NCBI GenBank assembly: GCA_037439805.1 | Contig: JBBIVH010000008.1 | Location: 1 to 32,174, forward strand | Reading direction: 5' to 3' | From: Acidobacteriaceae bacterium | GTDB lineage: Bacteria > Acidobacteriota > Terriglobia > Terriglobales > Acidobacteriaceae | DNA: 32,174 bases | Part shown: piece after piece, positions 25,866 through 32,174 of the stretch | How the letters are laid out: each line of letters starts with the position of its first letter | How positions within the stretch are numbered: the first letter of the stretch is position 1 | Translations under genes and position numbers: made by a program | Notes under the pieces: model-generated | Database searches by the model: none | Told to the model about the DNA's origin: nothing | What the model saw: the letters and a program-made list of their open reading frames with translations, nothing else

Positions 25866-26978
25866 ATGACGCCCGGTGGACGGACGCGGATCCTGCTAGT
25901 GGATGACTCGGCGGTGGTGCGTAACCTGCTGCGGCAGGTCATCGCCCAGGACTCGACGATGGAGGTTGTGGGCACGGCTGCGAGCGGAGAAACCGTTCCC
26001 GCGCTGGTGAGCAGCCTGCACCCGGATCTCCTGCTGCTGGATGTGGAGATGCCGCGGATGGGCGGTCTGGAGACTCTGATGGCCCTTCGCGCGCGAGGTG
26101 ACCGGATGCCGGTGGTGATGTGCAGCTCGCTAACCCAGCGCGGCGCGCAGGTGACGCTGGCGGCGCTGGTGTCGGGGGCGTCGGACTATGTGGCGAAGCC
26201 ATCCGGCCAGATCGATGCGCAAAACGCAGTGCAGACCCTGGCTAGCGAATTGCTTCCCAAGATTCGGGCGCTCACGGCTCGGTATCCGATGCCCGTGGAA
26301 CCGCTTCCGGCGCTGATTATGCTGGCCGACGATCAACGTCTTTGCGACTCGACGATGCCCCCGTCGCTGGTAGTCATTGGTGTTTCGACCGGCGGCCCGC
26401 GGGCGCTGGACACGCTTTTGTCCGGGCTGCCGGCGCATTTCCCCGCGCCGGTTCTCGTGGTGCAGCATATGCCGGAGTTGTTTACGGCCACGCTTGCGGC
26501 GCGGTTGGACGACCGAAGTCGCATTCGTGTGCGCGAGGCGGTCGAGGGTGAACTGCTGCGTGCAGGCGCGGCCTATGTGGCACGCGGAAACTGGCATATG
26601 GAAGTGCTGCCGGCTGCCAGGGCGGGGCTGGCGGCGTCTCTGCATCTGACACAGGCGCTGCCAGAAAACCATTGCCGCCCGTCGGTGGATGTGACGATGC
26701 GTTCGGCTGCTGCTGCCTTCGGCCCTGGCGTGCTTGCGGTGCAGTTGACGGGGATGGGCTCGGACGGCCTGGAAGGATGCCGCGCGGTGCGGGCGCGCGG
26801 GGGCACCGTGGTGGCGCAGGATGAGGCAACCAGCGCGGTGTGGGGTATGCCCGGCGCCGTGGTGCAGGCGGGGCTGGCGCAGCGCGTGCTTCCAATTCAG
26901 GAGATCGCATCTTTTATCGTGCGATTGACTGCTCCGGCGCACGAGCGGCAGGGTGTGGGGAAGGGAGCGGTGTCATGA
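25866..26978 (+). CDS. cheB: Chemotaxis methylesterase CheB (REC plus esterase)
   Basis: LVDDSA, LDVEMP and AKP, with catalytic motifs STGGP, VQHMP, RPSVD, LTGMGSDG and VWGMP. Confidence 0.95.
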   Translation: MTPGGRTRILLVDDSAVVRNLLRQVIAQDSTMEVVGTAASGETVPALVSSLHPDLLLLDVEMPRMGGLETLMALRARGDRMPVVMCSSLTQRGAQVTLAALVSGASDYVAKPSGQIDAQNAVQTLASELLPKIRALTARYPMPVEPLPALIMLADDQRLCDSTMPPSLVVIGVSTGGPRALDTLLSGLPAHFPAPVLVVQHMPELFTATLAARLDDRSRIRVREAVEGELLRAGAAYVARGNWHMEVLPAARAGLAASLHLTQALPENHCRPSVDVTMRSAAAAFGPGVLAVQLTGMGSDGLEGCRAVRARGGTVVAQDEATSAVWGMPGAVVQAGLAQRVLPIQEIASFIVRLTAPAHERQGVGKGAVS

Positions 26979-27808
26979 TGGCGTCCACTGCGACAATGCC
27001 CTACGACTTCCTGCGGCAAATCGTTTATGCGCGGTCCAATAACGTGCTGGACCCTGCACACGACTATCTCTTTGAGACGCGACTGGCGCGGCTGATGCGG
27101 GATCGCGGCATGACCCAGGTGGGAGAGCTGGTGGAGCATCTGCGAATGCGCCGCAATCCGGATCTGGAGTGGGCGATCGCCGAGGCGATGACGATTAATG
27201 AAACGAGCTTCTTCCGTGATATCCATCCGTTTGAATTGCTGCGCGCGGAGTTGCTTCCGCATCTGATTGAGAGGCGTTGGGAGACGAAGCGTCTTGGCTT
27301 TTGGAGCGCGGCCTGCTCGACAGGCCAGGAGGCATACACCCTCGCGATGGTGGTGAGGGAGCATTTCCCATTTCTTTCCGGATGGGATCTGCGCATCGAG
27401 GGCACCGACATCTCCACGGAGACGGTGGCCCGGGCCAGCAGCGGCCGGTACCACCGTATTGAGATGAACCGCGGTCTGCCCGCCCGGAACGTAGTCCGCT
27501 TCTTCGATCGCCACGGGGAAGACTGGATCGCGAAGGACGAGATTCGTCGGCTTTGCCACTTTAGGCAGGTGAATTTGTGCAAGCCGCCTATCCCTTTCGC
27601 CGAGCGGTTCGACGTGATCCTGCTGCGCAATGTGATGCTCTATTTCTCTCGCGAGACGCGACATGAGCTGATGCGGCAGGTCCACCGTCTGCTTGCACCC
27701 GATGGCGTGCTCCTTCTGGGCGCAGCAGAGCAGCCGGTGGACATGTCTCCCTGGCAGGCGTGTGTGCGCGGAGGAACCTGTTTTTACAGGCCCAAGAGTT
27801 CAGGGTAG
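26975..27808 (+). CDS. cheR: Chemotaxis methyltransferase CheR
   Basis: TINETSFFRD, WSAACSTGQEAYT, GTDIS, FDVILLRNVMLYF and LGAAE. ATGA overlap with cheB. Confidence 0.94.
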   Translation: MMASTATMPYDFLRQIVYARSNNVLDPAHDYLFETRLARLMRDRGMTQVGELVEHLRMRRNPDLEWAIAEAMTINETSFFRDIHPFELLRAELLPHLIERRWETKRLGFWSAACSTGQEAYTLAMVVREHFPFLSGWDLRIEGTDISTETVARASSGRYHRIEMNRGLPARNVVRFFDRHGEDWIAKDEIRRLCHFRQVNLCKPPIPFAERFDVILLRNVMLYFSRETRHELMRQVHRLLAPDGVLLLGAAEQPVDMSPWQACVRGGTCFYRPKSSG

Positions 27809-28172
27809 CCATGTACTTTCGTCACGTGAGGGCGTCCGACGATGTCCGATCGGGGAGTCCAGTGCGGGTCTTCTTAAAGTCGATGTAAATCCATGAAAAA
27901 TATAGATGTATATCCCCAAGCACCCATTCCGTCCCTCTCGCCCGAAGCAAGTCGAATGCTCGCTGCGCTGCCGATCTTGCCTTCCTGCATCTATGAATAA
28001 GGTTCCCGCACCTTCGGACCACCACATTGAACTAGCCCGCATCTACAACTAAAGTGTATGATTGCGCTCTGCACAAGTTACGGTGCGGTTTTCAAGTTAA
28101 AGTCGTCGCGAACGTGCCAGTACCGCGAAGTATGGCCACGCTCCATCCAAATACGCAGAGACGGGAGGGAAT

Positions 28173-29249
28173 ATGCGATCGATTCTAAAACACTGGCTTG
28201 ATCAACCTGTGAGATCGAGAGCGCGGGCAGAACGCCGCGCCGTTCCTGGATTGGTTGCCTATCATGCAGAAGGGGATGAAACCCTGCCTGATCCGGTTTG
28301 GAACATCAGCGCGTCGGGCATGTACCTGCTCACATCGACCCGCTGGAATCTTGGAACTCCCGTCGAGTTGACTCTTCAGCGTCAGGGCCTACCCGAGGAG
28401 CATGTGGAGAACCGGATCCAGTTAAAGGCTCAGCCAGTACGGTGGGGCTCCGATGGAGTTGGCCTGTTGTTTCTCCACAGCCAGGGGACGATGGTGAAGC
28501 TTTGGGACGGCGTCCCGCGTGAAACCACGGAGCCGATTGAGCCGGTGGATGTCGTACGAGAATTCCGCGTCGCGCGTGCGGATGCATTTCTTCGTCGCAT
28601 CTGTCCCGCCCGAGGCGATCAGTCCAGTCGTGCGCTGCGCCATGATGTCGGCAGCACAAGGACGGAAAGCGCGATCGAGATTGCGTTGCGCGCCGAGCGG
28701 ATGATGCAGAGCGGCGATGAATCGGATCGCGCTCTTATTCATCCCGACGTGCTGAAGCCGATTCTTGACCATGGCGCCTGGGCGGAAATCGATTGGATCC
28801 GGGATATGTGGTCGAGCCTCCTCGTAACATCCTGCAGCCCGGACGGGAAGGATCGAGACGGCCTGGAGTATGCGGGTTTACTGGGCGAAATGAATGTCAA
28901 TCAGACCCGCGTGCTTAACTGGGTCTGCGGCGAGGCTGCGCGCAGTCTTGCCGCCAGCGGAGCCGCGGAACCGAAAGGAATCCGCTGTTCGGTTGCGCAG
29001 TTGAAGCGTATCGTCGGCGTCGGCGATATGGTTCGAGTGGAGTGGGAAGTCGAGCGCCTCACCGATCTGGGATTGCTTCGAAAAGGCACGCGCCGGGTGT
29101 ACTTCGATGAACTGGAAGATCAGGAGCTGTGTCCGACCCCGACTGCAATGGAATTCTTTGCTCGCAGCCACGGGCAGCGCGAGTTTGTCCCCGATATGTT
29201 CAAGGTTTCATCCCTGATGGGGCAAGCTTCGATGACTGCAGGCGACTGA
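28173..29249 (+). CDS. PilZ-domain protein with a C-terminal domain resembling Abi-alpha/DUF4393
   Basis: N-terminal RAERR (RxxxR), NISASG (D/NxSxxG) and VRWGSDGVGLLF. The C-terminal part has PILDHGAW...IRDMWSSLL, LLGEMNVNQTRVL, RLTDLGLL and PTPTAMEF. RBS GGGAGG. Confidence 0.75.
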   Translation: MRSILKHWLDQPVRSRARAERRAVPGLVAYHAEGDETLPDPVWNISASGMYLLTSTRWNLGTPVELTLQRQGLPEEHVENRIQLKAQPVRWGSDGVGLLFLHSQGTMVKLWDGVPRETTEPIEPVDVVREFRVARADAFLRRICPARGDQSSRALRHDVGSTRTESAIEIALRAERMMQSGDESDRALIHPDVLKPILDHGAWAEIDWIRDMWSSLLVTSCSPDGKDRDGLEYAGLLGEMNVNQTRVLNWVCGEAARSLAASGAAEPKGIRCSVAQLKRIVGVGDMVRVEWEVERLTDLGLLRKGTRRVYFDELEDQELCPTPTAMEFFARSHGQREFVPDMFKVSSLMGQASMTAGD

Positions 29250-29281
29250 ACGCAGGCAACAGAATTGGAGCCGCTGTTGTG

Positions 29282-31948
29282 TCAGCGGCTTTCCAATAGA
29301 GCCTGCACTGCAGCCTGGAGCGCGGCGGAGATTTCCGTCTCCGAGGATGCGGCATTGAAGCGCAGCGGCTCACCCAAGCGAATCTCCACTTTGTCTGAGC
29401 GGAACCAGCTTCGCCCGCTTTGCTTCAACTCACCCAATCCCCGCAGCGCCACGGGCAGCACTGCTGCGCCGGTCTGCTTTGCGAGGATGCCGATGCCGGG
29501 ACGGAAACGCGCCAGCGCTCCCGTAGCCGAGCGAGTGCCTTCAGGAAATACGAGGACATGATAGCCGTGGTCGAGCGCCTCGCCGGCATGAGCGAAGCTG
29601 CGCTGGAAGCCCTTGCCGCGCGGCAGCGGGAAGACGTTATAGAGCGCAGTGAGGAGCAGCCACGCCAGAGGACCGGACCACATGCGCTCGCGCTGGCCGG
29701 GCAGGCGATCCGCGTCGCGAAAGTGGCGGTAATCGAGAAGCATCTCGCCGGACATCGCCGCAGCGACGCGGCGGCGGATTGGGCCGGGCAGCGCGTAGAG
29801 CACGAGCGGTCCGTCAAACGTCGAGACGTGATTGGCGACAATGAGCATCGGCTCGGCTGAGACGGGTGGCCTGTGCCCGGTGACGCGCGGCGCGGCGAGA
29901 AGCCAGGTAAGAGGGCGCGCGAGGCACTCCTGAAAAACATTCCGCAGCCAGGCAACAGGCCGCCACCAGGGCCAGTGGGGATAGATGTGCTCTTCGGAAA
30001 ACTCGGCGACGGGCGGCTTTTCCGGCGATGGGGATGTACCGGAGGCGGATGGGACGCCGGCCTGTGGTGGTGCGGCCATGGGTGCTGCTCCAGCGGGGAT
30101 GGGTCGAGGGCCTGAGATTGCAATTCCACTCGGTTGGCGCTCGCCACTGCTGACGAGGGCGCGGAGATCGCCCAACGTTCTGAGAGCTTCGATACCTGGT
30201 TCTGCGGGCAATGCGCCGAGGCGCTCTTCCAATGCGGCGGCCAACTGGACGCGGCCCAGACTGTCGAGGTGCAGGTCTTCGCTGAGGCGGAGAGCATCGT
30301 CTGTGCCGGGCGGGGCCTCGCCGGTGACTTCGGCGATGAGCGCGAGGAGCCAGTCGGCGTGTGTGGCTTTGTGGCCGGAGGTTGCGGAGGCGTCCGCGGC
30401 CTGCACGCTGGTGAGCCAGGCGGCGACGGCTTTACGGCGGACTTTGCCGGTGGAGGTGCGGGGCAGGTCGGGCTCGGGCCAGAGGAGCCAGCGGCGCACA
30501 CGCTGGAATTCGGCGAGGCGCGTGTTGGCGCTCTCGATGGCTGCGGCTGCCTGCTCCTGTGTGCCGCGCACCGCTAGCACGGCGCAGGGCTCCGGGCCGT
30601 TGGCGGTTTCGACGGGCACGACGGCGCAGGCCGCGACGACGGGTTCCTGCTCGATGGCGGCTTCAAGGTCTTCCGGGTGGATGTTGACGCCGGCGGCGGT
30701 GACGATGGTTTCGCTCTTGCGGCCGAGAAAGCGGAGCTCGCCGGTCGCCTGCTGCTCGGCTAGGTCGCCGGTGGCGAGCCATTCGTCTGCGCGCTGCTGG
30801 AGTCGGCCGCCCTGCCAGGTGGCTGTGGAGATCATGGGGCCGCGGACGAGGACTTCGCCATCGGGACTGATTTTGACTTCGCGGCCGGGCAGGGGCTTGC
30901 CGATGGTGCCCTGGGCTACGCGGAAGGGATGATTGAGGGTGATGAGGGCGGTTGTTTCTGTCATGCCGTAGCCCTGGACCACCACGAAGCCGAGTGCATT
31001 CCAGAAGCTCTCGAGCGGGCCGCCCAGTGCGCCGCCACCGGAGATGAGCGCCCAGAATTTAAGGCCGAAGGCGCGGTGGATATCGCGGAAAGCCCACCAG
31101 CGCTGCCAGGCCTTCATGTCTTTGGAGGCGGTGACGCGGGTGGCGAGGTCGGGGTAGGTGGCTTCAAGGTGCGTACGCAGCAGGGCCATGACGCGGGGGA
31201 CGGCGGCAAGGACGCTGATGCGTTCGCGGCGGATGGCCTCAATCAGGCGGGGCGCGACGAGGCGCGATTCGAAATGGACCTCTGCGGCAAAGATGGCCGG
31301 CACCCAGAGGCCCATGGTCTGGCCGAAGACGTGGCTGAGTGGAAGCGTGTGCAGGAAGCGCAGCGGATGGACATATTTCTCATAGCGCATGTAGGGCTGC
31401 GCGCCGCGCTCGATGGGGCCGACGCTGGCGAGGACGTTGCCGTGCGTGTGGACGATGCCTTTGGGTTCGCCTGTGGTGCCGGAGGTGAAGAGAATCTGGA
31501 GCGGCGTGTCGAGGTTGAGGCCGGGCACGGCTGCGGCTTCCTCGGCGGGCAGTGCGGAAGGCCAATCCTCGAAGGCGAGGCGGGGCCAGGTTTCAGGAAG
31601 GCGCTGAATGAGAAGCGCATCACCGACGACGAGGGCGGGACGGACATCTGCCGCGACGCGGGTGGCGAAGTCGGTGGTGCCGTAGGCGTCAAGGGGAACC
31701 GCGAGCGCGCCGCGGAGCAGGATGCCAAAGAAGGCTGCGACCCACTCGGCGGAGTTTTCGGCCCAGAGGAGGACGCGGTCGCCGGGGCCGATGCCGCGCG
31801 CGGCGAGATAGGCGGCGAAACGGCCGGCGGTGCGGGCGAGCTCAGCGTAGGTGGTGGCGCGGCGGCGCACGCCATGGGTGCGGACGATGGCAATCTGGCG
31901 ATCGAATCGGCGGAAGTCATCCAGCAGGGTCGCGAGATGGGCGCGCAT
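29282..31948 (-). CDS. Long-chain acyl-adenylate-forming enzyme fused to a carrier domain and a PlsC-type acyltransferase
   Basis: FTSGTTGEPKG, GYGMTE, ATGDL, GRK and PRTSTGKV. Carrier motif DLHLDSLGRVQL. Acyltransferase motifs NHVSTFD and FPEGTRS. Start ATG 31948 is inferred. Confidence 0.92.
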   Translation of the reverse strand: MRAHLATLLDDFRRFDRQIAIVRTHGVRRRATTYAELARTAGRFAAYLAARGIGPGDRVLLWAENSAEWVAAFFGILLRGALAVPLDAYGTTDFATRVAADVRPALVVGDALLIQRLPETWPRLAFEDWPSALPAEEAAAVPGLNLDTPLQILFTSGTTGEPKGIVHTHGNVLASVGPIERGAQPYMRYEKYVHPLRFLHTLPLSHVFGQTMGLWVPAIFAAEVHFESRLVAPRLIEAIRRERISVLAAVPRVMALLRTHLEATYPDLATRVTASKDMKAWQRWWAFRDIHRAFGLKFWALISGGGALGGPLESFWNALGFVVVQGYGMTETTALITLNHPFRVAQGTIGKPLPGREVKISPDGEVLVRGPMISTATWQGGRLQQRADEWLATGDLAEQQATGELRFLGRKSETIVTAAGVNIHPEDLEAAIEQEPVVAACAVVPVETANGPEPCAVLAVRGTQEQAAAAIESANTRLAEFQRVRRWLLWPEPDLPRTSTGKVRRKAVAAWLTSVQAADASATSGHKATHADWLLALIAEVTGEAPPGTDDALRLSEDLHLDSLGRVQLAAALEERLGALPAEPGIEALRTLGDLRALVSSGERQPSGIAISGPRPIPAGAAPMAAPPQAGVPSASGTSPSPEKPPVAEFSEEHIYPHWPWWRPVAWLRNVFQECLARPLTWLLAAPRVTGHRPPVSAEPMLIVANHVSTFDGPLVLYALPGPIRRRVAAAMSGEMLLDYRHFRDADRLPGQRERMWSGPLAWLLLTALYNVFPLPRGKGFQRSFAHAGEALDHGYHVLVFPEGTRSATGALARFRPGIGILAKQTGAAVLPVALRGLGELKQSGRSWFRSDKVEIRLGEPLRFNAASSETEISAALQAAVQALLESR

Positions 31949-32090
31949 GGCAACCCCATGGTAGCAGCGCGCGCCGGATGAACTGCTGTGTGCTGAAGCG
32001 CATGCGGCGCGGCGGTGTGGCTTGGTGCAAAAGGTGGTCACTTCTTCGCTTCCTCTTCGCTTGGTTGCCGCGCTATGCTCAAGGACACGG

Positions 32091-32174
32091 ATGGCCACGC
32101 CGCAGCCCAAACCCGAGACAGACCCGTTTGCGTGTTTCCACCCCGTCACGGCGGAGTGGTTCCGGGCGGTGTTT
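32091..32174 (+). CDS. 5' fragment of a probable Lhr-family DEAD/DEAH helicase (runs off the window)
   Basis: AAGGA RBS, then MATPQPKPETDPFACFHPVTAEWFRAVF. The FHP....WF...F pattern is typical of Lhr N-termini, but only 28 codons are visible. Confidence 0.6.
   Translation, partial: MATPQPKPETDPFACFHPVTAEWFRAVF

Noticed and set aside
1-32174. tRNA, rRNA, CRISPR array, riboswitch, IS element or integrase
   Set aside because: None was recognised by eye in any intergenic region. A covariance-model search would be needed to exclude small structured RNAs.

Overview
High-GC (about 65% by eye) chromosomal window, most likely from an Acidobacteriota (Terriglobia/Acidobacteriaceae-like) genome. That assignment is an inference from the acidobacterial-type VWA protein, the stand-alone Crp-like domain and the general gene style. 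Left to right: (1) a hyaABCD membrane-bound [NiFe]-hydrogenase operon on the minus strand, with the signature of O2-tolerant group 1d enzymes; (2) a 2.5 kb lower-GC islet carrying only three Tad/Flp minor-pilin genes (TadE-like, TadE-like, TadG/vWA), flanked by a ~237 bp imperfect direct repeat that duplicates the 3' end of pyrD plus its downstream intergenic DNA; (3) pyrD, a PafA-type alkaline phosphatase, a class-3 lipase, ilvE and a secreted VWA protein; (4) a cNMP-binding-domain-only protein and recG; (5) DUF2062 and a nucleoside salvage cluster (cdd-pdp-nupC, then punA-udk) split by an opposite-strand PQ-loop gene; (6) a receptor-less cheA-W-Y-B-R operon; (7) a PilZ protein fused to an Abi-alpha/DUF4393-like domain; (8) an adenylation-ACP-acyltransferase fusion; (9) the start of a probable Lhr helicase. 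No rRNA, tRNA, CRISPR array, integrase or transposase was seen. The best leads are the pyrD-anchored pilus-tip islet and the PilZ-Abi-alpha-like fusion. All family calls come from motif recognition by eye, not database searches.
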